Shown here in pieces: positions 52,915-60,232 of a stretch of 64,000 nt of DNA. The notes beneath the pieces were generated by a model. That model made no database searches. It was given only the letters and a program-made list of their open reading frames with translations, and was not told the DNA's origin. The translations under genes and the position numbers were made by a program. This DNA is from Candidatus Aenigmatarchaeota archaeon. GTDB taxonomy: Archaea > Aenigmatarchaeota > Aenigmatarchaeia > Aenigmatarchaeales > JACQIB01. Position 1 is the stretch's first letter, and the number at the start of each line of letters is the position of its first letter. The stretch is from positions 7,418-71,417 of the forward strand of contig JAZDNN010000024.1 in the NCBI GenBank assembly GCA_043799675.1, read 5' to 3'.

Positions 52915-53991
52915 CTAATCATGCAGAATACATCCAAAAATATTATTATACCTTCCAGCGAGCGCATTTCTCAACCTGAACGTGTCGCCCTGCGCCGCAT
53001 AGGCCATCCAGCCCTCAAGGCTTTTCGCAGCCTGTTCTGCCGAAATCTCACCGGATTCGTACTGCAGTCTGAGTGCCGTCATCCTTTTTTCGAGCTTCAG
53101 CAGGTTCCTCCTTTTTGGAATCCTGTAGTGGTAGAACACCCTGAAGCCGAGCAACGATATCCCCTTATGCAAAGGGTAGACCTGCGATTTTTCCTCATGC
53201 AACTCTAGCTTTAACCGTTGTTTGAGGAACCCGTTTATCCCGCTCCTGAACTGCATCAGCGCGGCCTCAGACCTGTCCAGAATCACGAAGTCATCTACAT
53301 ACCGGAGATAGAACCTTGCCTTAAGCACGTGCTTCACGAAATGGTCCAGCTCATTCAGGTAGACGTTCGCGAAGAACTGGCTCGTCTGATTGCCTATCGG
53401 CATCCCCTTCGGCAGGGCAGGGTCGTTGTTCGACAGGATTTTCCGTACCAGCCAGAGCACGCTTTCGTCCCTTATTTTTCTCCGTATGATGCCAATCAGG
53501 ACATCGTGGTCGACGCTCGGGAAATAGTGCCTTATGTCGGCCTTCAGTGCATAGCCGACCACCATGTTGTTGTCCTTCGCGCCGTGCACCAAACGGCCGT
53601 TCCCGGAAACCTTTCGCTTGAAGCAATCAAACCTGTCCAATGCTGCCAGGCCGCCCTTTCCCTTCCTGTTGGCGTAGCTGTCGTGGATGAACGTTTTGTC
53701 GAAAATCGGTTCGAGCACGTTGCATAACGCATGATGGACAACACGGTCCCTGAAATGCGAGGCATGAATTACCCGTGTCTTGGGGTCGCGGATGATGAAC
53801 CGTTTCAACGGGCGCGGCGAATACGTACGATTTTCAAGCTCAGTTTTCAAATCTGCCAATTCGCCATCAAGATTAGCTTCGAATCTTTTGACATACCATT
53901 TCTTCGACTTGCCCTTCCTCGCCTTTCTGAATGCCAGCAAAAGGTTCTCTGGCGAGCAGACCTTTCCGTAAAGGTTGTCAAATGTTTTCAA
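52915..53991 (-). CDS. DGR-type reverse transcriptase
   Basis: 358 aa with an apparent TTG start. RT motifs 1-7 include RVIHASHFRDRVVHHAL, the DGR-diagnostic PIGNQTSQFFANVYLNELD (I/LGxxxSQ) and the catalytic YLRYVDDFVIL. It has no maturase or endonuclease domains, and it sits 30 nt downstream of the TR. Confidence 0.85.
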   Translation of the reverse strand: MKTFDNLYGKVCSPENLLLAFRKARKGKSKKWYVKRFEANLDGELADLKTELENRTYSPRPLKRFIIRDPKTRVIHASHFRDRVVHHALCNVLEPIFDKTFIHDSYANRKGKGGLAALDRFDCFKRKVSGNGRLVHGAKDNNMVVGYALKADIRHYFPSVDHDVLIGIIRRKIRDESVLWLVRKILSNNDPALPKGMPIGNQTSQFFANVYLNELDHFVKHVLKARFYLRYVDDFVILDRSEAALMQFRSGINGFLKQRLKLELHEEKSQVYPLHKGISLLGFRVFYHYRIPKRRNLLKLEKRMTALRLQYESGEISAEQAAKSLEGWMAYAAQGDTFRLRNALAGRYNNIFGCILHD

Positions 53992-54040
53992 AAATATCCC
54001 CTATCGGCGGCCCGTGCTATTGGCGCAGACCCCGTTGTCA

Positions 54041-54073
54041 TTCAGGCTTCCCGCCAAAAGGCAATGAGGAAGT
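54041..54073 (-). other. TR intron 3 (33 nt, predicted BHB)
   Basis: Sense-strand layout: CAGG | AAA | CUUCC-UCAUU-GCC-UUUU-GGC-G-GGAAG | CCUG | AAU. That is a perfect 4-bp central helix CAGG/CCUG, 3-nt bulges and a 5-bp inner helix. Confidence 0.75.
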
Positions 54074-54098
54074 TTCCTGTTCGAGGGCCTGTTCGCAT

Positions 54099-54129
54099 TT
54101 ATGCCGGCGGAACGTTTCCTTCCAACCGT
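54099..54129 (-). other. TR intron 2 (31 nt, predicted BHB)
   Basis: Sense-strand layout: AUGC | GAA | CGGU...GCCG | GCAU | AAA. That is a perfect 4-bp central helix AUGC/GCAU, 3-nt bulges, and an inner helix CGGU/GCCG enclosing a GGAA-ACG-UUCC hairpin. Confidence 0.7.
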
Positions 54130-54145
54130 TCGCATTGAAGCACCC

Positions 54146-54162
54146 TTGACGGCCCGAAGGCT
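54146..54162 (-). other. TR intron 1 (17 nt, predicted BHB)
   Basis: Sense-strand layout: GACG | AGA | GCC-UUCG-GGC | CGUC | AAG. That is a 4-bp central helix GACG/CGUC, 3-nt bulges, and an inner GCC/GGC helix with a UUCG loop. Confidence 0.7.
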
Positions 54163-54436
54163 CTCGTCCGTGTTCCAATCCGACCTGACGGAAGGGTTTC
54201 GGTAGCCTCTCCACCGACATGACACCGCGGCTTCAATCTTCGGGAACCTACCAACTGAAACCGCTGAATTTAATGGCACAAGCATTCGGACGGCATGAAA
54301 TGCCATCGCACCATCTTGCGCTCTATGGAAAGGCGTATAGCGCGGGCCTTTGCCGGGAGAATGAAATACCCGCCCCCCGATTGGGAAGGAAAGAACTCTG
54401 TCATGCAAAAATTGAGGGACGAAACGATTTATGCGC

Positions 54437-55183
54437 CTATTTTGAGGTCTTAACCGCTTTTTTTGCGGCGCAGACCCCGAGGTCATGCCTGAGCGAGGGC
54501 CCGCCCGCATCCGCATCGAAGCACCCCCCGTCGGAGTGCCAAGTCGACCTGACGGAAGCCACTTCAACCGGGATTAAGGCTTCTGTTTCGATTTCTACTA
54601 TATCCAGTTTGTTGTCTTTCATCCTGTAAGAAGCCGCTTTCTGTTTGGCCAGCTTTTGGATGACCTCAAGATTATGATTCCAGTAATCGTCCATCGTTGC
54701 CTTGTATTCCTTGTCGGAATTCATCAGTTCAGCCGACTCCTGTGCCTTGAAGTGTCTTACTCCAAAGTCCAGCTTGAACTCCTCGGGTATTCTCTGATAG
54801 ACCAGTTCCTGGATTATCCTGTCCGCATTGGCGATGAACCCTTTGCGTTTATAGTCCCTGAACTTTCCTGCGTCCCCTTTGGCCATCAGGAGCGCATAGC
54901 CTTTCTTTTCAAGGTCCTTTTCCAGCCTCTTTCCGTCAATTATGGCCAATATTTCATCGACCTCTCCCAACCTTTCTTTTACAGAAAAATCATCATCAAA
55001 TATTACAGAGCCATTGTAAGCGGCCAGCTTCGAATCATACGCGCCTGCTGCACGCAGATAATCGAGAACACAGCCTTCAACAGTTACAGGCACGGCTTTT
55101 CCCGTGAACCTGAATTCCCCGTCGATAATCCTCACTTCAGGCTCGGGCATCACGACCGTTGTTATTTTGCTCATGATAATCAT
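54437..55183 (-). CDS. DGR target protein B (VR near C-terminus)
   Basis: 248 aa. The C-terminal ...SVRSTWHSDGGCFDADAGGPSLRHDLGVCAAKK is encoded by VR-B. The N-terminal 200 aa are unrelated to targets C and D. No signal peptide is seen. Confidence 0.7.
   Translation of the reverse strand: MIIMSKITTVVMPEPEVRIIDGEFRFTGKAVPVTVEGCVLDYLRAAGAYDSKLAAYNGSVIFDDDFSVKERLGEVDEILAIIDGKRLEKDLEKKGYALLMAKGDAGKFRDYKRKGFIANADRIIQELVYQRIPEEFKLDFGVRHFKAQESAELMNSDKEYKATMDDYWNHNLEVIQKLAKQKAASYRMKDNKLDIVEIETEALIPVEVASVRSTWHSDGGCFDADAGGPSLRHDLGVCAAKKAVKTSK
54467..54558 (-). repeat. DGR variable repeat VR-B (92 nt)
   Basis: Colinear with the spliced TR. There are 16 differences, 14 at TR adenines and 2 at G positions. 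Confidence 0.75.
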
Positions 55184-55186
55184 TCT

Positions 55187-55912
55187 TCAGAAGTGCTTCT
55201 TCACGACTTCGAGGTCTTTCATCAAAGCGTCATATTTCTTTGACTTTTCCAGAAGCTCCCGGTATTCGCTCTCCGCGACCTCGCACATCTTCGGAAGCTC
55301 GGCCTTCTCGTCCGTTTTAAGGAGGGCGCAGACCCCGTCGTCAGCCCAGTGCGAGGGCCTGCCCGCAGTCGCATTGAAGCACCCCTCGCCCGTGGTCCAA
55401 GCCGACCTGACGGAAGCTTCACCGTTTTCAAACGAGATGCTTCCCCTCCAGACCTTCTTTTTCGGTTTCTTGAACAGCCCGGCATTCACGAGTGTATCAA
55501 AGACGTCCGATTTGCTTATCCCGGCCCTTGTTCTTTTGCCGTCATATTTGAGTTCACCGTTCACTTCCTTCACGACGGGGTCGGCTATTATCTCGCCCTT
55601 CTCAAGGGCGACTTCCCTGTTGTGCAACCAATAATCAATATTCATTTTCTTGAACGACTTGTCCTCGTGCACCAAATCGTAAGAAACCTGCAACGGCAGG
55701 AGCGTGTAGCGCTCGCCGACCTTCTTTGATACTTCCTGACCGAGAAGCGTCATCTGCCTGTGGTCGAGGTTCGCCACGAGGCCATTGCCTTTGTAGTCGT
55801 TGTGCCCTTCGGCAGGACTTCCCTTCCATTTCGGGAAATACACCGTTTCCTTGCCCGTGGGCGGCACTATCTTTCCCGCTATCTCATGGACGATTTCGGC
55901 CTGTGTTACCAT
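55187..55912 (-). CDS. DGR target protein C
   Basis: 241 aa and a paralog of target D (shared ...GKETVYFPKWKGSP.EG.ND...VGERY..LP.Q.SYDLVH.D.SFKKM). VR-C encodes SVRSAWTTGEGCFNATAGRPSHWADDGVCA, followed by a helical tail of about 40 aa. Confidence 0.7.
   Translation of the reverse strand: MVTQAEIVHEIAGKIVPPTGKETVYFPKWKGSPAEGHNDYKGNGLVANLDHRQMTLLGQEVSKKVGERYTLLPLQVSYDLVHEDKSFKKMNIDYWLHNREVALEKGEIIADPVVKEVNGELKYDGKRTRAGISKSDVFDTLVNAGLFKKPKKKVWRGSISFENGEASVRSAWTTGEGCFNATAGRPSHWADDGVCALLKTDEKAELPKMCEVAESEYRELLEKSKKYDALMKDLEVVKKHF
55326..55417 (-). repeat. DGR variable repeat VR-C (92 nt)
   Basis: Colinear with the spliced TR. There are 11 differences, all at TR adenines (11 of 22 A positions changed, 0 of 70 non-A positions). 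Confidence 0.8.
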
Positions 55913-55972
55913 GAGGACAATACCACCGCAAAGGATTTAAGCGGAAGACTGAACGTAAACGGCTTGAACTAC

Positions 55973-56695
55973 TCAATCGCCGCATTCGTCCAAAGCCGCT
56001 TTCCTAAAATCCAACGATTTAGGAGGGTCCTTCAGAAACTGTTGATATTCGCTCTCCGCAATCTTGCGCACCTTCGGCTTCTCAACGGCCTTGCCCGTTT
56101 TCACGAAGGCGACAACCCCGCGGTCAGGCCCGGAGGAGGGCCAAGACGCACCCACAGCGAAGCACCCAAAACGGTTTCCCGACTTGACGGAAGAAATGCC
56201 GTCATTCTCGTAAATGATGCCCCAATCACAGACGTTGTGATTGAGCTGCTTGAACAGTTTTGCGCTGGCAAGCGTCTTTATCACGGACTCTGCGTCAATG
56301 TTCGCCTTTACGCTCCTGCAACCATCATTGAGCCTGAGCTCGCCGTCGACTTCGCTGACAATCGGGACGGAAATAACATCCCCGTTTCTCCGTATGACTT
56401 CCCTGTTGATTATCTTATAATCGGCCATCATTTTCTTGAAACTTCTGTCATTATGCACCAAATCATAACTCGTCTGAAACGGAAGTTCGGCATAACGCTC
56501 GCCCACTTTCTCGGATATCATCTGACCCAAGAACACGGACTGCCACTTATCGAGAGTCGCAACAAAACCCTTACCGTAACGATCGTTGCGTCCTTCTATC
56601 GGACTTCCCTTCCACTTCGGAAAATACGCCGTTTCCTTGCCGGTAGGCATCCTAATCTTGTCCAAAATTTCATAGACGATTTCAGCTTCACCCAT
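55973..56695 (-). CDS. DGR target protein D (degenerate VR)
   Basis: 240 aa and a paralog of target C. The VR-like segment encodes SVKSGNRFGCFAVGASWPSSGPDRGVVA. Confidence 0.65.
   Translation of the reverse strand: MGEAEIVYEILDKIRMPTGKETAYFPKWKGSPIEGRNDRYGKGFVATLDKWQSVFLGQMISEKVGERYAELPFQTSYDLVHNDRSFKKMMADYKIINREVIRRNGDVISVPIVSEVDGELRLNDGCRSVKANIDAESVIKTLASAKLFKQLNHNVCDWGIIYENDGISSVKSGNRFGCFAVGASWPSSGPDRGVVAFVKTGKAVEKPKVRKIAESEYQQFLKDPPKSLDFRKAALDECGD
56108..56193 (-). repeat. DGR variable repeat VR-D (86 nt, diverged)
   Basis: Alignable to the spliced TR, but with a 6-nt deletion, several non-adenine differences and a diverged 3' boundary (GGGGTTGTCGCC against GGGGTCTGCGCC). It is probably no longer a homing target. 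Confidence 0.55.
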
Positions 56696-56717
56696 TATAA
56701 CTAACTAGTGGTGATAG

Positions 56718-56724
56718 TATTTAA
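56718..56724 (-). promoter_or_regulatory. TATA-box-like element for the DGR target operon
   Basis: TTAAATA on the minus strand lies about 23-29 nt upstream of the ATG of target D (56695), suggesting a leaderless transcript. Confidence 0.3.
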
Positions 56725-56742
56725 GGTTTCTTTTTGGGCTGG

Positions 56743-56750
56743 TTTATAAA
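56743..56750 (+). promoter_or_regulatory. TATA-box-like element upstream of rps26e
   Basis: TTTATAAA ends 22 nt upstream of the rps26e ATG (56772). It shares the divergent intergenic region with the DGR operon. Confidence 0.3.
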
Positions 56751-56771
56751 CCTCGGAGCAGAAAGTGGCAC

Positions 56772-57056
56772 ATGCCAATCTCGGGAGCACCGTACACGCG
56801 GCAATGGGAGCACCACAAGGGGCGGGGACACGAATCCTCGGTCACATGCGGCTACTGCGGAAGGCTTGTGCCTCGGTACAAGACGTTCACCAAGTTCAGG
56901 GGCTTCAGAATCACCGATCCCACGATACTTCAGGCGGTGGACAGGCAGTTCATCCACACCTTCAGCCAGAAGATATACGTCTGCCCGAGCTGCGCGCGGT
57001 CCCACAAGATAGTGCAGAGAGGCAAAACGAAGCAGAAAAGCCACATGTTCAGATAG
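56772..57056 (+). CDS. rps26e: ribosomal protein S26e
   Basis: 94 aa. It has HKGRGHESSVTCGYCGRLVPRYK...F and YVCPSCARSHKIV, matching the S26e pattern (GRGHV..V.C..CGR.VPKDKA... and YC.SCAIH.K.V). Confidence 0.75.
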   Translation: MPISGAPYTRQWEHHKGRGHESSVTCGYCGRLVPRYKTFTKFRGFRITDPTILQAVDRQFIHTFSQKIYVCPSCARSHKIVQRGKTKQKSHMFR

Positions 57057-57096
57057 GATTAAAAAGAACGGTTTCTATATACTGGAGCAGATAGAT

Positions 57097-57423
57097 ATGA
57101 AAGTCATCGAAATACAACCGACGACCATGGCGGAGGCCAAGGAGATAGTGCTCGCGAAGGAGAAGGACAAGGAGCTGGGCTACGAGCAGAAGCTCGCGGC
57201 GGAGCACCTGAAGAAGTTCACCAAGCTGAAGCGCGAGGATGCCAAGAAGTTCATGAACGAGCTGACTTCCGTGCTGAAGGCCTCGCCCGAGACGCTGGTG
57301 ACCATAGCGAACGTCCTCCCGCAAACCACCGATGAGGTACGGCTGATTTTTGCCAGAGAGAAGTTCAGCGTGAAGGAAGACGAGATTTCCAAGATACTGG
57401 AGATAGTCAAGAAGTTTGTTTGA
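57097..57423 (+). CDS. rpoF: DNA-directed RNA polymerase subunit F (Rpo4)
   Basis: 108 aa. It is helical and Rpb4-like (EAKEIVLAKEKDKELGYEQKLAAEHLKKF...), in the conserved rpoF-DUF655-ksgA neighbourhood. Confidence 0.75.
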   Translation: MKVIEIQPTTMAEAKEIVLAKEKDKELGYEQKLAAEHLKKFTKLKREDAKKFMNELTSVLKASPETLVTIANVLPQTTDEVRLIFAREKFSVKEDEISKILEIVKKFV

Positions 57424-57432
57424 GGGTTTTCT

Positions 57433-58005
57433 GTGGAAAGAGACGAATGGGCCGTAGTTCTAGACTTCCTACCTAAGGGAAAAGCATCCGGCAAGCCTGA
57501 GCCATTGGCACAAGTGCTCGGTACCTTCCGATTCGGCCTGCTGGAAGTGGTGGTAAGGGAAGGGGTCATACTCAAGCCGGGCGAGAGGCTGTACATCGGG
57601 GAACAGGAAAGGAAGGAAGTGGACCACATCAAGCGGAGGATAGCCTCCAACGAGCTGACCTCCTTTGCCCGCAATGACCTGCCGTTCGCGGTGGAAAAGA
57701 TAGTCAGGGCGGAAGAGGCGAGGTTCGTGGACTTCTTCAACAAGGCCACTTCCATCTCCGTCAGGACCCATCAGCTCGAGCTGCTTCCGGGAGTCGGAAA
57801 GAAGCACATGTGGGACATAATCAACGAGAGGAAGAAGGGGCCGTTCAAGAGCTGGGACGACATCAAGAGCAGGATAAGCCTGCTGCCGGATCCTGCCAAG
57901 CTCATAGTCCAGAGGATTCTCAAGGAGATAGACAACGACGACGAACGGTTCAGGATATTCGTGGTCGGGCCGCCGAGGCCCGAGGACAGATGGGGCAGAC
58001 GCTAG
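57433..58005 (+). CDS. DUF655-family RNA-binding protein (OB fold + helix-hairpin-helix)
   Basis: 190 aa. It has EWAVVLDFLPKG..., then LELLPGVGKKHMWDIINERKKGPF.S..DI. This is the conserved archaeal gene between rpoF and ksgA. Confidence 0.7.
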   Translation: MERDEWAVVLDFLPKGKASGKPEPLAQVLGTFRFGLLEVVVREGVILKPGERLYIGEQERKEVDHIKRRIASNELTSFARNDLPFAVEKIVRAEEARFVDFFNKATSISVRTHQLELLPGVGKKHMWDIINERKKGPFKSWDDIKSRISLLPDPAKLIVQRILKEIDNDDERFRIFVVGPPRPEDRWGRR

Positions 58006-58012
58006 TGATTTT

Positions 58013-58771
58013 GTGCCAAGAAAGCTCGGCCAGCATTTCCTGAAGTATCCGGAGATAGCGGAGCGGATGGCTGCGCTGGCCATAGTCGATGATTGTGATA
58101 TCGTTCTTGAGATTGGACCGGGCCATGGAGAGCTGACCCAGGTTCTTGCCTCCAAGGCCAAAAAAGTGATTGCGATAGAGAAGGACAAGATGCTTGCCGA
58201 GGCACTGGAAGGCAAATTGAGCAATGTCGAGGTGATTGCCGGGGATGCGGTAAAGCTCGAATGGCCGCACTTTGACAAGCTTGTGGCGAACCTGCCATAC
58301 GAAATAAGCAGCCCGGTGATGGAGAAATTGTTCGAGAGGAAGCACTGGAAGGTCGCTGTGCTGATGCTGCAGAAGGAGTTTGCGAAAAGGCTGACTGCGA
58401 AGGAAGGGAGCGAGGAGTGGAGCAGGCTCGGGATGGCTGCCAGTTATTACGTTGACGCGAAGCTGATTGCGAAGGTCGGGCGGGGGGCGTTCAGGCCCAT
58501 GCCCAAGGTCGAGAGCGCGATAGTGCTGATGAAGCCCAGGGAGCACCCGTTCAAGACGGACAGCCTGTTCTGGCTGGTGACAGGGAAGCTGTGGCAGCAC
58601 CGGAAGAAGCAAGTCAGAGCTGCATTGAAGCACCTCGGCAGGTACGACGGCTGCGGCGTCGGGATAGATTTTGTGCCTCACGGGATTGCGGAGAAGAGGG
58701 TGGAAAGATGCTCACTTGAGGACTTCAGGCTGATTGTTGACACGCTGAGGGAACACCTGGGGAGCGGTTGA
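58013..58771 (+). CDS. ksgA: 16S rRNA (adenine1518/1519-N6)-dimethyltransferase KsgA/Dim1
   Basis: GTG start, 252 aa. Motifs are LGQHFL, VLEIGPGHGELT and ANLPYEISSP. Confidence 0.9.
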   Translation: MPRKLGQHFLKYPEIAERMAALAIVDDCDIVLEIGPGHGELTQVLASKAKKVIAIEKDKMLAEALEGKLSNVEVIAGDAVKLEWPHFDKLVANLPYEISSPVMEKLFERKHWKVAVLMLQKEFAKRLTAKEGSEEWSRLGMAASYYVDAKLIAKVGRGAFRPMPKVESAIVLMKPREHPFKTDSLFWLVTGKLWQHRKKQVRAALKHLGRYDGCGVGIDFVPHGIAEKRVERCSLEDFRLIVDTLREHLGSG

Positions 58772-59014
58772 ATGGACCTGACCAACGAGAGCTATGTTAT
58801 TCTGATACACACCAAAACGGCCACCGAGCGGTACTACCGGGACAGACAGGGTTGGGTGAAGGTAAGCACCAGAGACAGAAAGTTCCGGGCGACCGCGGAG
58901 CAGGTCCTGAACCACCTGCTGCCCGCGCTGGCCGGACTCAAACCGAACGTGACGGTCGAGGTGAAACACCGCGAGGCAAGGGGCACAAGCCCGAGGGCAA
59001 TCGGAAGCGGTTGA
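58772..59014 (+). CDS. hypothetical protein (80 aa)
   Basis: The ATG immediately follows the ksgA stop. No family recognised. Confidence 0.35.
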   Translation: MDLTNESYVILIHTKTATERYYRDRQGWVKVSTRDRKFRATAEQVLNHLLPALAGLKPNVTVEVKHREARGTSPRAIGSG

Positions 59015-59110
59015 CTGCAATTGTCGACAACGGTTTCGTCAATCTGCGTTTTTAACAGACGCGAAAAAGGCTTTTAAATGGGCGAATGGAATCTAGCGCA
59101 AGGTGAACCA

Positions 59111-59302
59111 ATGAAATACGACCTATACTTCGTCGTGAAGCTGTTGACCATAATCGGTGCCATACTCTGGCTACCGTTGGCCTTCGGCTACAATGTGATA
59201 GGGACCTTATTCAGCGCCATACCGGTGCTCGTCCAAGCGATATATGTTATCATCGGATTGTGCGGTCTCTACAAGCTGTACCTGCTCTTTACAAAGAAGT
59301 AG
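59111..59302 (+). CDS. DUF378-family small membrane protein
   Basis: Start taken at MKYDLYF. It has two TM helices with the IGAILW...G.N and AIYVIIGLCGLY pattern typical of DUF378. Confidence 0.55.
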   Translation: MKYDLYFVVKLLTIIGAILWLPLAFGYNVIGTLFSAIPVLVQAIYVIIGLCGLYKLYLLFTKK

Positions 59303-59329
59303 GTGCGGAATTTCCTTTTTATTCTTTTG

Positions 59330-60130
59330 TCATTCAGGTGCAGACGGGGGAATGGCGTACAAGGTTGACAGTTCCGCAGGCTTCTTTCCGGTGAGCTGGC
59401 CGACTATCTCAACGTAAGCGTCGTATTGGGCATCCACCTTTTCCTTCGGCCTCCGCTTCGGATCGTAGCTGCCGTTCTCTATCTTCACCACCGGAGCGCC
59501 GAAGCCGAGCTTTCGTGCAAGCAGAGGCATCGCGACGTCGAAGCCCCAGCGCCTGTTGTAATTCCTTATCATCGGCTGGTCAAGCAGGGTTGCCATGGCC
59601 TTCCGGCTGTAAAGCTGGCTGCCAGCGGAAGGGGGATCGAACTCGGTCAGGCCGAATTCCTCCTTCAGTATCCTGAGCATGTCCTCCCTGCGGTCGACCT
59701 CATGGGAATTCTCCGCCCTGCTTATCTCCCTCCACCTGATTCCTGCAACCGCATCGGCGCCGTTCACTACGAACGGCATTAACCTCTCAAACACGGTCTG
59801 CTGGTTGAAATCCGCATCGAGATCGGTCTTCAGGAAATAGTCCGGGTTGAACTGTGAAAGTATCCTGATGTACGCATCGTGGACGGTCCTTGCGATGCCC
59901 AGGTTCTTTTCGTTCCGGTAGGGAATCGCGGGCAGTTCGTAATCGGCACAACAACGCACCATCACATCGTAGGTGCCGTCGGTACTTCCGTCATCTATCG
60001 GGAACAGCTTGAATGAATTATCATAAAGCCTACGAAACTCATCTATCCCGTCCTTTATGTTTGCAAAGGGTTTCTTCAACCCGTCCGCCTCGTTGAAAGC
60101 GGGAAGCACGACGGCAACGGTCTTCGGCAT
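59330..60130 (-). CDS. family 2 glycosyltransferase (dolichyl-phosphate sugar synthase-like)
   Basis: 266 aa, with VAVVLPAFNEADG, PIDDGSTDGT and DLDADF (DxD). Confidence 0.8.
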   Translation of the reverse strand: MPKTVAVVLPAFNEADGLKKPFANIKDGIDEFRRLYDNSFKLFPIDDGSTDGTYDVMVRCCADYELPAIPYRNEKNLGIARTVHDAYIRILSQFNPDYFLKTDLDADFNQQTVFERLMPFVVNGADAVAGIRWREISRAENSHEVDRREDMLRILKEEFGLTEFDPPSAGSQLYSRKAMATLLDQPMIRNYNRRWGFDVAMPLLARKLGFGAPVVKIENGSYDPKRRPKEKVDAQYDAYVEIVGQLTGKKPAELSTLYAIPPSAPE

Positions 60131-60232
60131 GCACGTAAATGACCCGCAGACCCTTTAAATATAACTACTTGTTAGGAATATCTTTATATATCACTTCGAC
60201 ATATATGTTGTTACAACTGTTTTGGTGCATAC

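Larger units (their letters stand above)
54022..54194 (-). repeat. DGR template repeat (TR), 173 nt genomic / 92 nt after removal of three BHB introns
   Basis: It shares the 5' boundary CTTCCGTCAGGTCG and the 3' boundary GGGGTCTGCGCC with the VRs. It is rich in AAC/AAT/GAC codons at variable positions. Differences from the VRs are almost exclusively at TR adenines. Confidence 0.8.
52915..56695 (-). mobile_element. diversity-generating retroelement (DGR) cassette: three target genes with VRs, TR, RT
   Basis: All components are co-oriented on the minus strand: target genes D, C and B, then TR, then RT. See the individual features. Confidence 0.8.

Noticed and set aside
52915-53991. The RT as a group II intron or retron reverse transcriptase
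   Set aside because: - There is no maturase (X) or endonuclease domain and no recognisable intron RNA domains flanking the ORF.
- It has the I/LGxxxSQ motif typical of DGR RTs.
- An adjacent TR and VRs show adenine-specific differences.
54001-54567. 188-aa minus-strand ORF spanning the TR and the spacer upstream of it, together with the 60-aa ORF 54038..54220
   Set aside because: It reads straight through the TR, its three predicted introns and the 3' end of target gene B in another frame. It has an Arg/Ser/Pro-rich composition and no recognisable domain. I interpret the region as TR RNA plus non-coding spacer, not a protein and not an Avd.
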